A stretch of DNA of 64,000 nt, taken from the NCBI GenBank assembly GCA_051874735.1, contig JBJEGD010000003.1, positions 1 through 64,000 of the forward strand. Direction: 5' to 3'. Shown here in pieces: positions 1 through 10,131 of this stretch; position 1 is the first letter of the stretch, and every line of letters begins with the position of its first letter. Below the pieces are notes generated by a model that did no database searches, was not told where the DNA came from, and saw only the letters and a list, made by a program, of their open reading frames with translations. Position numbers and translations under genes: made by a program. The stretch is from Candidatus Bruticola sp. (GTDB lineage: Bacteria; Vulcanimicrobiota; Xenobia; Xenobiales; Xenobiaceae).

Positions 1-60
1 TCCAATAATTTCTACTGTTGTCAAAACTTTTTTGCGTCGCCTCATCGCGACTGCTTGAAT

Positions 61-89
61 ATATTACTGCTCAGCTTAGCCGCTGTCAA
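61..89 (-). promoter_or_regulatory. Strong sigma70-type promoter pointing out of the window (stable-RNA-like)
   Basis: Minus strand reads TTGACA (89-84)-N17-TAATAT (66-61), with upstream A/T tracts and a GC-rich downstream segment. The same architecture precedes the tRNA genes. Confidence 0.6.
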
Positions 90-343
90 GTACTTAAATA
101 AAAAAATTAGGTTAAAAAAATGTACGCAAAAAGTTTGAGAGCCAATAACGCTAGGAATCCTGGCTCAATATCGACAGTAAACGCCTAAAAAAGACGGCAT
201 CTAAAGATAAACGTAACGGCAAAAAAAACAAACACGACCCCTCCCCCAACATAATACCATTTAAGGTAAAAGAAGGTAGACGGCCAAACCGCAAGAAGTT
301 CACGCCCCTTGTTATTATTATTTTGTACGCGGTGACTTTAATT

Positions 344-2275
344 ATGTCTTTAGTAAAGTTAGATCAGGCAGGACGTCAATTTTTAACTGAACCAATTTGG
401 CAGAATATATCCCTAGACATAGGAGCTGCCGAACGTTTAGGCATAATCGGAGCTAACGGCTGCGGAAAAACCAGCCTCATACGCGTTATCGGTCGTCTCG
501 ATGAACCTGATTACGGCCAAATCACTTTTAGTCAAGGCTTGACTATAGGCTGGCTACCTCAAACTCCACAATTTCAAGATAATTTGTCAATCAGAGAAAC
601 AATTAGACATTCACAACAGCACATTATCGACAAATTATCGGAATATGAAAAAATTTGTGAAGCCTATAGCCTTAATCCCTCTCCAGAAAACACTCAAAAG
701 ATGGAACGGCTCAGCGCCCAGCTCAACGCTTCGCAAGCTTGGGAACTTAATACACGCATTGAAAGTATGATTTCCCAACTAAATTTAGAAAATATCACCG
801 AGCCAATCGGAAAACTTTCGCAAGGAACACGCAAAAAAGTAGCTATCTGTATTGCGCTTTTAGACAATCCGCAGTTACTACTTCTCGACGAACCGACTAA
901 CCATCTTGACACCGTAACGATCGATTGGCTAGAAACTCAGTTAAACTCCTTTAAAGGAGCTGTAGTTATGGTCACTCACGACCGCTATTTTTTAGACCGT
1001 ACAGTAAACCGCATTTTAGAATTAGATAAAGGTTCAGGGTACCTTTATGAAGGCAATTATGCCAAATATTTAGAGCAAAAAGCCCACTTTTTAGAACTTA
1101 ACAAAGCAGAAACTGAAAAACGGGCCAATTTAATCCGTCAAGAGATGGAGTGGTTTAAACGCGGAGCCAGAGCACGATCGACCAAACAAAAAGCCCGCCA
1201 AGAACGCTTAGCAGAGTTATTGGAAGTACAACAAAAGCAAAAAGCTCTGCTCAATAGAGCCCAGGAAGTAACCTTTAAAAATATGCAGAGCGGTCAAAGA
1301 TTAGGCACTAAGGGAATTGATCTCTGCAATATTAGCAAAAACTACGGCGGACGCACTTTATTTAAAAATTTTTCTTTAAAAATAGGCAAAGGAGCCCGGT
1401 TGGGGGTCGTAGGAGCTAACGGCTGTGGCAAAACTACTCTTCTCAATATTATCGCTGAAACTATAAAACCGGATAGCGGTCATATTGAGGTCGGCGAAAC
1501 TATCAGGCGAGGCTACTACACACAGACTCAAGAGCAAGAAAATTTTGAACAAACTATTATTGATTATCTGCGCGAAAGCGGAGATTATATAGTTTTAGCC
1601 GACGGACGTCGCGTAAGTGCTGAAAATTTACTAGAACAATTTTTGTTTCCCCGTCCTATGCAGCACACTTTAGCCAGCAAACTTTCTGGAGGCGAGCAAA
1701 AAAGACTGCGCCTGCTCAGATTACTGATGAGCAATCCTAACTGCCTGCTGCTAGATGAACCTACTAACGATCTGGATATTCCTACGTTAATCAGATTAGA
1801 AGCTTGGTTGGATGACTATCCTAATATTGTTATTATTGTCAGTCACGATCGCTATTTTTTAGATCGCTGCGCAGACCGACTATTTTTCTTCGGCAACGGA
1901 CAAATCCAAGAATTTGCCGGTGATTATGAAACTTTGCGCCAGCATATAACTAAACAGGCAGAAGAACAAGCTCGCCAACATCGTTTACTAAAAGAAACGA
2001 CCGAACGACCTTCTCCTCGTCAGCCTGATAGTTCTCCAGACAAGCAACCGCCAACTAAAAAGAAAAAACTCACTTACAAACAGAGCAACCGACTGAAAGA
2101 ACTTGAAAATTTAATCACGCAAAGTGAAAATAGAATGGGTCAAATTGAAAAACTTTTAGAAAATCCGATCGGCAGTCCTGAGCAAATGGCCTCCTTGGGG
2201 AAAGAATTTGAAAATTTAAAGGCCGATATAGAGACATATATGCTAGAGTGGGAAGAATTAGCTTCGTTAGCCTAA
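344..2275 (+). CDS. ABC-F family ATP-binding protein (Uup-like)
   Basis: Two ABC domains (GANGCGKT twice, LLLDEPTN twice, LSGGE), no TM segments, C-terminal coiled coil. ATG at 344 preferred over TTG at 323. Confidence 0.9.
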   Translation: MSLVKLDQAGRQFLTEPIWQNISLDIGAAERLGIIGANGCGKTSLIRVIGRLDEPDYGQITFSQGLTIGWLPQTPQFQDNLSIRETIRHSQQHIIDKLSEYEKICEAYSLNPSPENTQKMERLSAQLNASQAWELNTRIESMISQLNLENITEPIGKLSQGTRKKVAICIALLDNPQLLLLDEPTNHLDTVTIDWLETQLNSFKGAVVMVTHDRYFLDRTVNRILELDKGSGYLYEGNYAKYLEQKAHFLELNKAETEKRANLIRQEMEWFKRGARARSTKQKARQERLAELLEVQQKQKALLNRAQEVTFKNMQSGQRLGTKGIDLCNISKNYGGRTLFKNFSLKIGKGARLGVVGANGCGKTTLLNIIAETIKPDSGHIEVGETIRRGYYTQTQEQENFEQTIIDYLRESGDYIVLADGRRVSAENLLEQFLFPRPMQHTLASKLSGGEQKRLRLLRLLMSNPNCLLLDEPTNDLDIPTLIRLEAWLDDYPNIVIIVSHDRYFLDRCADRLFFFGNGQIQEFAGDYETLRQHITKQAEEQARQHRLLKETTERPSPRQPDSSPDKQPPTKKKKLTYKQSNRLKELENLITQSENRMGQIEKLLENPIGSPEQMASLGKEFENLKADIETYMLEWEELASLA

Positions 2276-2416
2276 GCCCCCTGATAAAGCAATTATTTCT
2301 CGTTCCTTGCTTGTATATAAGGCAGGCAAATAGTGTTTTGTATTGAACTCGCCCCAATCAATATTTGAAAACGTTTGAGTCCGCACCAATTAGGGCGTAA
2401 ACGCTAATGGAGAGCA

Positions 2417-4267
2417 ATGGATCTTCCTAGCACACAAGAGTTACAAGAGAAATATATTAGAGTAACCAACGAACATAGACGCACTTTAGTCCGCCTGCGC
2501 AATGCGAAACTGATTATCGGTGTCATTGACCGACTCGATGCGGCTATCTCCAACCTGGAGGTAGTGGGACACATTTTTGTTGACACCCTCATCGGACGTC
2601 TAAACGCTAAAAAGGCCGCTATATTTGTCAAAAATCATAACAGAGATAGTGCTTCTTACAATAGACAGAATCAAAACGGTGAAGAAGATCCTATTGCCAA
2701 ATATCTAGGCAAATTTACTAGCAGTGTCAAAGAAAAGGAAAATAACGACGAGTTTTTCCACTGTATTTATCAAGTAAATCTTAACATTTCCCAGCAAAAC
2801 TTCTCTTTTATACCTAATAAGCAGAGCATGTTTTGGCTAGATACCTGCAATGGTCACCCTTTTTCTACTGCCGATGATATAGCTAGACAACATGCCGCTC
2901 TTTACGCTGATAGTCTAGCGGAATGCAATTTAGATAAACTTGGACTTTATTATTGGATTCCGCTCCTACACCGTCTCGACAATTCTGTACTAGGCATTAT
3001 TGGCTTAGATATTTCTGATCCTGAACCTTTGGAACTGGAATTTATTGAGCAGCTAACCGCTCAGGGTATTAGAGCTCTGCGCAACGCCATATGGTACAAA
3101 CAACTCGAAGCCTCCCGTGCTGCTCTGGCTCGCCAAATCCACAAATTGGAAACTCTTTACGACGTAGGTAAAGCTTTAAGTGCTATTGACGATCGCGAAC
3201 ACCTTATTAAAGATATTTTAAGATATGCCGCCAGTATAGTACAAGCTCAAAAAGCTTCCATTATGCTTCTCAATGAGTCTACTGGCTATTTAGAGGTAGC
3301 TTTCGTTCACGGCATCGATCAGAAGACTGAAGATAACATTAAACAAGGCACTCGCAAAACCTGCAGTTTAAAAATTGGCGAAGGTACTGCTGGACAGGTA
3401 GCAAAAACTAGAGTGCCAACTATCATTAACAACGCCGCAGACAATCCTATGTTCGTGCGCAACGAATCTTCCAATGTCTCTTCGATTATGTGCGTACCTT
3501 TAGTGGTTCACGATGATCTTCAAGGCGTGCTCAACATAACTAACAAAGAGATGGGGGCTCCTTTTACTAGCGACGACCTGCAAATTATTTTGCAAGTTGC
3601 CGACCAAGCGGCTGTGGCTCTTTATAATGCTCACCTTTATGAGCTTGCTGTCACAGATGGTCTTACTAAAGTTTTTATTCGCCGTCATTTCTTCTCAAAA
3701 TTTTCCGAAGAAATTCGCCGCGTCGACCGCAGTGGAGCCAAGTTAAGCTTGATTATGCTCGATATAGACTTCTTTAAAAGTGTAAACGACACTTACGGAC
3801 ATCAATGCGGTGACTATGTACTTTATGAAGTCGCTTCAGTGCTGCGCAGCACTCTGCGCGATGTCGATATTATAGGACGCTACGGCGGAGAAGAATTTGC
3901 TATAGTTCTTATCGACTCCGACATAGAAGGAGCTGTAAAAGTCGCCTGTCGCATTCAGCACTCTTTAGAGCAGCATCGGTTTACTTGGAAAACTGAAGAG
4001 TCAGGAAAAGAATTAGAGCTGCGCATCTCAGTCAGTATAGGTATTTCCTGCCATTCTAAACCAGATTCTTCCCAAAGCGAATCTGGTTCTAAACAAGTTT
4101 CTTCCCAAAGCGAACTTATAAAAGCTGCCGACGCCGCTCTGTACTACTCTAAACATCATGGACGCAACAGAGCGACAGTTTACAGCGATAAAGTTAACAA
4201 ATTTATGGAAAGTCTCAATAAAAAAGAAAACGAGATCCTCAGTCCGATCGATCCTAATAACAACTGA
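2417..4267 (+). CDS. GAF-sensor diguanylate cyclase (GGDEF)
   Basis: GAF domain(s), then D-x-D-F-F-K-x-x-N-D-x-Y-G-H, RxxD I-site (RDVD) and active-site GGEEF. Confidence 0.92.
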   Translation: MDLPSTQELQEKYIRVTNEHRRTLVRLRNAKLIIGVIDRLDAAISNLEVVGHIFVDTLIGRLNAKKAAIFVKNHNRDSASYNRQNQNGEEDPIAKYLGKFTSSVKEKENNDEFFHCIYQVNLNISQQNFSFIPNKQSMFWLDTCNGHPFSTADDIARQHAALYADSLAECNLDKLGLYYWIPLLHRLDNSVLGIIGLDISDPEPLELEFIEQLTAQGIRALRNAIWYKQLEASRAALARQIHKLETLYDVGKALSAIDDREHLIKDILRYAASIVQAQKASIMLLNESTGYLEVAFVHGIDQKTEDNIKQGTRKTCSLKIGEGTAGQVAKTRVPTIINNAADNPMFVRNESSNVSSIMCVPLVVHDDLQGVLNITNKEMGAPFTSDDLQIILQVADQAAVALYNAHLYELAVTDGLTKVFIRRHFFSKFSEEIRRVDRSGAKLSLIMLDIDFFKSVNDTYGHQCGDYVLYEVASVLRSTLRDVDIIGRYGGEEFAIVLIDSDIEGAVKVACRIQHSLEQHRFTWKTEESGKELELRISVSIGISCHSKPDSSQSESGSKQVSSQSELIKAADAALYYSKHHGRNRATVYSDKVNKFMESLNKKENEILSPIDPNNN

Positions 4268-4323
4268 TTAGAGAGCGTCTTCAAAACTAAACTGAATTCA
4301 GCTCAGGCTAAAATTAAAACGTT

Positions 4324-5733
4324 TTAAAGATGATCGGCTGCTTCGGCTAGGGACCTATGCGGGAAGAGCTTTTTCCATTCGGCCTTAGCCTGAGCGGCTT
4401 TTTCTTTATCCTGTAAAACGTTATAAAGGTAAACTAAACAGTAATAAACATGCTCATACTGCAAGTAGTGCCTCTGCAGATCGCTGTCCGCCTGGTCAAT
4501 TAACCGTTCTTTAGCTTGTTGAGCCAATTTTAAAGCTTGACGGTAATTGCCGTTTTTTATGTAAAGTACGGCTAAATTATGACAGGTGTCGACCTCAGCT
4601 CCGTTGGCTTCATATAATTCTTGAAAATAAGCTAAAGCGGAAGCGGTCTGCCCCAAAGCAGCAGCAGTTAAAGCTGCATATTTTTTGTTGACTTCAATTA
4701 GGCGATCTAATTCCCGGCCCTTAATAAACTCATTCCCATCTATAGCAGTATCGCTACTAGATAATTCGCAAATCAGTTCTTGAACCTTTATAAAGCTACT
4801 CCGAGATTCTGAAAATCGTTGTGCACGATAAAGAGCTATACCATAAAGAAGTTCAGCCAAAGGATGGGCCGGGAATTTATCAGTCAGTTCAGCCAAGCTC
4901 AACACATTATCTGAGCCTTCAATAAAGACTTGACAGACGGCATAATTTAAACAAGCCACATTGAGCGTTGTCTCTGCTTGCTTAAAATAATCTTCAGCTT
5001 CAGCTGACTGGCCCAGCTGCCAATTTATGACGCCTAAATTGTTAAGTAGCAAACTACTTTGAGGCTGAACCTGCAGCGATTCACGCAGCACCCGGCAAGC
5101 TTGCTCAGAATCGGCCAACTTCTGATAGACTGCAGCCAAAGTCAGAGCGGCCCCAATATTATCTTTGCGCAGTTGCAAAGCTCTCTCAAGCTTGACCTTA
5201 GCGCTGTCCAAATTTCCTCGGTGATAATCGGAAGTTCCACTTAAACTTAAAAATTCTGACGATGAAGCTAAAGGAGAGACGACCAGCAGATCGATAGTTT
5301 TAGCAACCTCTTCCCAACGTTCTAGACGTCCCAGACAAACAGCCTTGTTAAAAAGCACTAGGTCTTCATTAGGCTCTTTATCTAAATAAAGATTGTAAAG
5401 CTGTAAAGCGTACTCACAATTTCCTAAACGGTACTCAACTAATCCCCAATAAGGCAAAACTTCGATGCGACCTTTATCGAGATTGTAAGCTTTTTTATAC
5501 AAATCTGACGCTCTGGACAACTGCCCTTGACGATGCAGAAGTAGCCCCTCTTGAAAAAGCTGCTTAAACTCCCAGGAGGAGTCAAAAATAGACTTTCCTC
5601 CCAAAGCTTTAAATGGAGAAACATCACCAGTTTCAGCAGAACTTCCCTGAGCGGTATTAGGGATTACCCACAAACCGCTCCAAATTAAAAGAGCTGAAAC
5701 TGCCATCATTATTTTTATATTCTTACAGTTCAT
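4324..5733 (-). CDS. Exported tetratricopeptide-repeat protein
   Basis: N-terminal signal-like hydrophobic segment and multiple TPR-like helical repeats (e.g. LLNNLGVI, CHNLAVLY). Confidence 0.8.
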   Translation of the reverse strand: MNCKNIKIMMAVSALLIWSGLWVIPNTAQGSSAETGDVSPFKALGGKSIFDSSWEFKQLFQEGLLLHRQGQLSRASDLYKKAYNLDKGRIEVLPYWGLVEYRLGNCEYALQLYNLYLDKEPNEDLVLFNKAVCLGRLERWEEVAKTIDLLVVSPLASSSEFLSLSGTSDYHRGNLDSAKVKLERALQLRKDNIGAALTLAAVYQKLADSEQACRVLRESLQVQPQSSLLLNNLGVINWQLGQSAEAEDYFKQAETTLNVACLNYAVCQVFIEGSDNVLSLAELTDKFPAHPLAELLYGIALYRAQRFSESRSSFIKVQELICELSSSDTAIDGNEFIKGRELDRLIEVNKKYAALTAAALGQTASALAYFQELYEANGAEVDTCHNLAVLYIKNGNYRQALKLAQQAKERLIDQADSDLQRHYLQYEHVYYCLVYLYNVLQDKEKAAQAKAEWKKLFPHRSLAEAADHL

Positions 5734-5799
5734 ATTATCTCTGCTGACGCATATAAAAAGACGGCCAAGGCCAGCGCTTATAAGCAGCTTACTTTTCTT

Positions 5800-6390
5800 T
5801 CAATCTGTTAAACAATCAGCTAAACTTGTAAAAGAAGCTAAAATATTTGACCAATGATTCCACTGCAAATCTTCAGGACAACGATTTTTTCTAGTCAGAC
5901 GCAAAAAATGCTTATTAGCTGTCAAACGGAGAAAAGGCAGCAACCTGCTTATATGCTTTCCAGTTTCCTGGTCAGCTATAAACCGTTCAGCTGCGTCAGG
6001 TTCAACACTGAAAGCCTGTAAATTAGGCCACTCCTCTAATAGAGACAAAGAGGCTAAACGCGAACCTACAAGACCTAAATCATCGGCAATAGCAAATTCT
6101 TTATCCAGCAGTGAAAAACTCAGGTTCATGGGACAGCGGAACTCCAGCACAATTAAACACTGTCCGCCAGTACCGCAAGGTATAGTCTCTAAAGCAAAAC
6201 GGCGCCCTTTAATATTACCTAAAAGACACGGCCACAGAAAGTAATGGTGCTCTCTCTGGGCCAAATGTTCAAACCCTGGAGGCAAAATAACTTTGCCTCC
6301 GTGGCGCTTATTTTCACGCAAACGCTTAATCTGCGGTTCTTCTAACTGTTGGGATACACTGTTAATAAGCTCTTCAACAGCTTGGAACAC
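5800..6390 (-). CDS. Hypothetical protein
   Basis: 196-aa ORF with GTG start and GGAGG RBS, co-oriented with neighbours. Confidence 0.7.
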   Translation of the reverse strand: MFQAVEELINSVSQQLEEPQIKRLRENKRHGGKVILPPGFEHLAQREHHYFLWPCLLGNIKGRRFALETIPCGTGGQCLIVLEFRCPMNLSFSLLDKEFAIADDLGLVGSRLASLSLLEEWPNLQAFSVEPDAAERFIADQETGKHISRLLPFLRLTANKHFLRLTRKNRCPEDLQWNHWSNILASFTSLADCLTD

Positions 6391-6485
6391 AAAAAATACC
6401 TCCGAATCGCCTCTTTACTAATTAAAGAGGCCCAGAACGCTGACCCAAACAAGAAACGCAGCAGATCAACCGCCATTATTACAAT

Positions 6486-7748
6486 CTAACTAGCTACACC
6501 TTTTTCCATTATAGCGTTGAAGGCGCGGATAACCTGAGGATCGAATTTGCTATTAGCTAAGGACTCGATATAGGCTTTAACTTCCATCGGATCACGCCGA
6601 GACTGATCGGGGCGGTCGTGGGTCAAAAGATCGAAAGTTTCTGCCACAGCGATTACCATAGCTCCCAGGGGTATAGCGGGACCGCGCATGCCGGCGGGGA
6701 AACCGGAGCCGTCGTAACGCTCATGATGGTGCAAAATTAAAGGCAAAGAACGCTCTACAAACCCTAAAGGTTTAAGCCACATTACAGCCGCTTTATCTTG
6801 ATTTAAAACTAACTCGCGCTCGGGGCCAGCAGGCAAGCTTTCACAAAAACGCAAAGACGACGGCATGGAGAATTTACCCAAATCGTGAAGCAGAGCCGCA
6901 GCTCGCAGCACTTCAAGCTCATTTTCATTCATACGCAATTCACGCCCCATAGCTTCAGCCATACGGGCAACTCGTTCCGAGTGTCCTTCACACCCCGGCA
7001 TGTTCTTCTCATAATTAGTAATAATTTCTACAATTGTATTGACAATGCCACCCTGAGCTCGCTTAAAAGTAATAGCTTGGTACAAAGCTAAAGCGAAAGG
7101 CATAGTCAAAAAGCCCATCATATCGAAATCTTCTTTTTTGAAGTTCCCCATATTAGCTTTATTGGCCACAAATAAAAGGGCAAAAATGTTATCGCCTGTG
7201 CGCATAGGCGTAACAATAACTTCACTGATAGGCTCGCGCAGGAAATTAAATTCTTGCAGCTGACGATCTGTACGGTTTAAGGCTACCGATTTAGCTTTAG
7301 TGCGCATAAAATCGACTAAACCATTTTTAGCATCTAATTTAAATGCCTGCCGACTTTCTTCACACAAACCGATGCCGGCCTCAAATTGATAAGTATTGCC
7401 TCTAAGAATGAGCAAAGCGCAATACTCACATCCCATCTGCTCTTTAGTGGATTCCAAAATAACTCTAAATACCTGGTTAGGTTCTGAGCTTTTGGTCAGC
7501 TTACCTATTAGAGCGGGCAGAGCTTCCCAACGCCTAGTATCGATAGAACTGGGACTCATAGTAGTAGGAATCTCTACAGGAGGAGCCATACGCGCAGAAA
7601 CGGCATTAAGCAATGCTCCCCCACCGATAGCTAGTACGGCGCCGCCCATAGCACCGCTAAGAATTTGCAGCCAATTCAGCCCATCCATAAAACTGCCCGC
7701 CGCGACTGAAGTTTTAGCGGCCGCCGCCAACATAAATAAAGAATCCAT
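6486..7748 (-). CDS. Membrane-anchored GAF + HD-GYP domain protein
   Basis: N-terminal TM, GAF domain, HSERVA, LHDLGK and HHERYDGSGFP motifs. Confidence 0.88.
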   Translation of the reverse strand: MDSLFMLAAAAKTSVAAGSFMDGLNWLQILSGAMGGAVLAIGGGALLNAVSARMAPPVEIPTTMSPSSIDTRRWEALPALIGKLTKSSEPNQVFRVILESTKEQMGCEYCALLILRGNTYQFEAGIGLCEESRQAFKLDAKNGLVDFMRTKAKSVALNRTDRQLQEFNFLREPISEVIVTPMRTGDNIFALLFVANKANMGNFKKEDFDMMGFLTMPFALALYQAITFKRAQGGIVNTIVEIITNYEKNMPGCEGHSERVARMAEAMGRELRMNENELEVLRAAALLHDLGKFSMPSSLRFCESLPAGPERELVLNQDKAAVMWLKPLGFVERSLPLILHHHERYDGSGFPAGMRGPAIPLGAMVIAVAETFDLLTHDRPDQSRRDPMEVKAYIESLANSKFDPQVIRAFNAIMEKGVAS

Positions 7749-7859
7749 CTCTCCGCTCCATCAAAAAAAACCTTAGCCCCAGGAATTCGCTTCTACGTAC
7801 TCGATTCCCTAGCTATTCCATAAATATAGACGCGCAAATAACTGCCCTGCAAATAAAAA

Positions 7860-7885
7860 GAATCGGCATTATACAATACCGATTC
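7860..7885 (-). terminator. Intrinsic terminator after clpX
   Basis: gaatcgg...ccgattc hairpin flanked by A tracts, giving a U tract on the minus strand. Confidence 0.6.
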
Positions 7886-7919
7886 TAAAAAAAGGCAAAC
7901 CTATAAATATTGGTAAGAC

Positions 7920-9185
7920 TTATTCTTTCTCAGTAGCGGCGGCAGCTACATCTTTATAAATTAAAGTAGGTGGCTCTTTTTTCTCTATTACTTCTTCAGT
8001 AACTATACATTTTTGCACATTGTCCATAGAGGGAATCTCAAACATAACATCGAGAATAGCTTCCTCAATGATACTGCGCAGAGCTCGAGCCCCCGTTTTG
8101 CGCTCTTCAGCTTCTTTAGCCACCCTTTCTATAGCGTCTTTGCTGAAAACTAATTCTACTCCATCCATGCTGAACATGCGCTGATACTGCTTAATAAGGG
8201 CATTTTTAGGCTCAGTGAGCACCCGCACTAAAGCGGTTTCATCGAGGGCGTTGAGAGTGACTACAATAGGCATACGGCCAACAAATTCGGGAATGAGCCC
8301 GTACTTCAGCAGATCTTCAGGCATAACCTGAGCTAGCAGTTCCCCGACGTCGCGTTTACTCTTGCTTTCGATGTTGGCTCGGAAGCCCATTGACTGCGAA
8401 CTGACACGCTGTTCAATAATATCTTCTAAACCTTCAAACGCACCTCCGCAAATGAACAGCACGTTGTTAGTATCTATTTGAATGCATTCCTGATGAGGAT
8501 GTTTGCGTCCACCCTGAGGAGGAACACTGGCCACAGTACCTTCCACAATTTTCAGCAACGCCTGCTGCACGCCCTCACCACTGACATCGCGAGTAATAGA
8601 AACATTTTCCGATTTGCGAGTAATTTTATCAATTTCGTCTACATAGACTATGCCTTTTTCAGCTTTGCTAATGTCGTAATCAGCGGCCTGGATCAGCTTT
8701 AACAAAATATTCTCTACATCTTCGCCCACATAACCGGCTTCTGTAAGAGAAGTGGCATCGGCCAAAGCGATAGGCACCTTAAGAATTTTGGCTAAGGTAC
8801 TAGCTAAATAGGTCTTGCCGCAGCCAGTCGGACCAATAATTAGTACATTGCTCTTCTGAAGTTCGACGTCATCTTCTTTGCCGCCATTCAAGTTTATACG
8901 CTTGTAATGATTATAGACGGCTACAGACAAAATTTTCTTAGCTTTCTCCTGACCGATAACGTAACGATTCAGGATTTCCATAATTTCTTTAGGTTTGGGC
9001 AGCTTACCATCGCTGTCAGCTGTACCTTCTTTGCTAAGCTCATCATCGATAATCTCTTTGCACATATCGACGCAATCAGAACAAATATATACACCCGGCC
9101 CAGCTATCATGCGGCGAACCTGTTCCTGCTTCTTGCCACAAAATGAACAGGTAAAACTTTGCTTATCGTCGCCGAATCGAAACAT
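7920..9185 (-). CDS. clpX: ATP-dependent Clp protease ATP-binding subunit ClpX
   Basis: C4 zinc-binding domain (CSFC..CSDC), [17 protein letters not shown] and GARALR motifs. Confidence 0.98.
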   Translation of the reverse strand: MFRFGDDKQSFTCSFCGKKQEQVRRMIAGPGVYICSDCVDMCKEIIDDELSKEGTADSDGKLPKPKEIMEILNRYVIGQEKAKKILSVAVYNHYKRINLNGGKEDDVELQKSNVLIIGPTGCGKTYLASTLAKILKVPIALADATSLTEAGYVGEDVENILLKLIQAADYDISKAEKGIVYVDEIDKITRKSENVSITRDVSGEGVQQALLKIVEGTVASVPPQGGRKHPHQECIQIDTNNVLFICGGAFEGLEDIIEQRVSSQSMGFRANIESKSKRDVGELLAQVMPEDLLKYGLIPEFVGRMPIVVTLNALDETALVRVLTEPKNALIKQYQRMFSMDGVELVFSKDAIERVAKEAEERKTGARALRSIIEEAILDVMFEIPSMDNVQKCIVTEEVIEKKEPPTLIYKDVAAAATEKE

Positions 9186-9242
9186 AATTTCCTCCTAAAA
9201 ATGATTTTTCACATTGCTCTGGGAACACTTAGCAAATATTGC

Positions 9243-9893
9243 TTAACCTCTAGCCTCTTTAGTAATTACTTTATCAATAAGACCATAAGCAACAGCTTCT
9301 TCGGCGCTCATATAATTATCGCGCTCAGTATCACGGGCCACTTCTTCTATAGTTTTTCCAGTATGATTAGCCAATATTCTATTGGTACATTCGCGCAGGC
9401 GCAGAATTTCACGGGCATGGATATCGATATCAGTAGCCTGACCGCCAATTCCCTGAATCCAAGGTTGATGGATCATAATATTGGAATAGGGCAAAGAATA
9501 GCGCTTACCCTTAGTGCCTCCAGCTAAAATTACTGCAGCCGCACTGGCAGCTAAACCGATGCAAATAGTGGAAACGTCGGGTTTAATAAGCTGTATGCAG
9601 TCATAAATAGCTAAACCAGCTGTCACCGAACCGCCTGGGCTGTTAATGTAGATATCGATATCTTTGTCAGGATCCTCTTGTTCTAAGAATAGCAGCTGAG
9701 CAATGACTAAATTGCTCACGGGATCGCTTACTTCATTACCCAAAAAGAGGATACGGTTCTTTAAAAGCCGAGAGTAGATATCGTAAGAGCGCTCTCCTCT
9801 AGCCGTTTGCTCAATTACCATAGGAATTAAGCTGTTATATATTTCCGATTTGTCTCTGTAATTCATTGGAGAGAATCTACTATAAAACCCCAT
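9243..9893 (-). CDS. clpP: Clp protease proteolytic subunit
   Basis: [21 protein letters not shown] (catalytic Ser) and MIHQP. ATG at 9893 has a GAGGA RBS; 9923 is the alternative start. Confidence 0.97.
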   Translation of the reverse strand: MGFYSRFSPMNYRDKSEIYNSLIPMVIEQTARGERSYDIYSRLLKNRILFLGNEVSDPVSNLVIAQLLFLEQEDPDKDIDIYINSPGGSVTAGLAIYDCIQLIKPDVSTICIGLAASAAAVILAGGTKGKRYSLPYSNIMIHQPWIQGIGGQATDIDIHAREILRLRECTNRILANHTGKTIEEVARDTERDNYMSAEEAVAYGLIDKVITKEARG

Positions 9894-10131
9894 AATATTG
9901 TCCTCTTTTTTATAATTATTCATAACAAAATGAAATGGCTGCGGCTGTTTCTTCTAAAGGTCCCGACTTTTTAGCAAAAAAAATAAAGGCACTCCCAGTA
10001 CAGCCGAACGTATGTCCCTAAAAAAACAGGCATAGCACAGCATTAACCCCAGAGCGCCTAACTTTTCATACGAATTTGATTTTTCCCCCTATTAAATCAA
10101 ATTCAACCCAAAAAGAATAGGAAGAAAAAAA

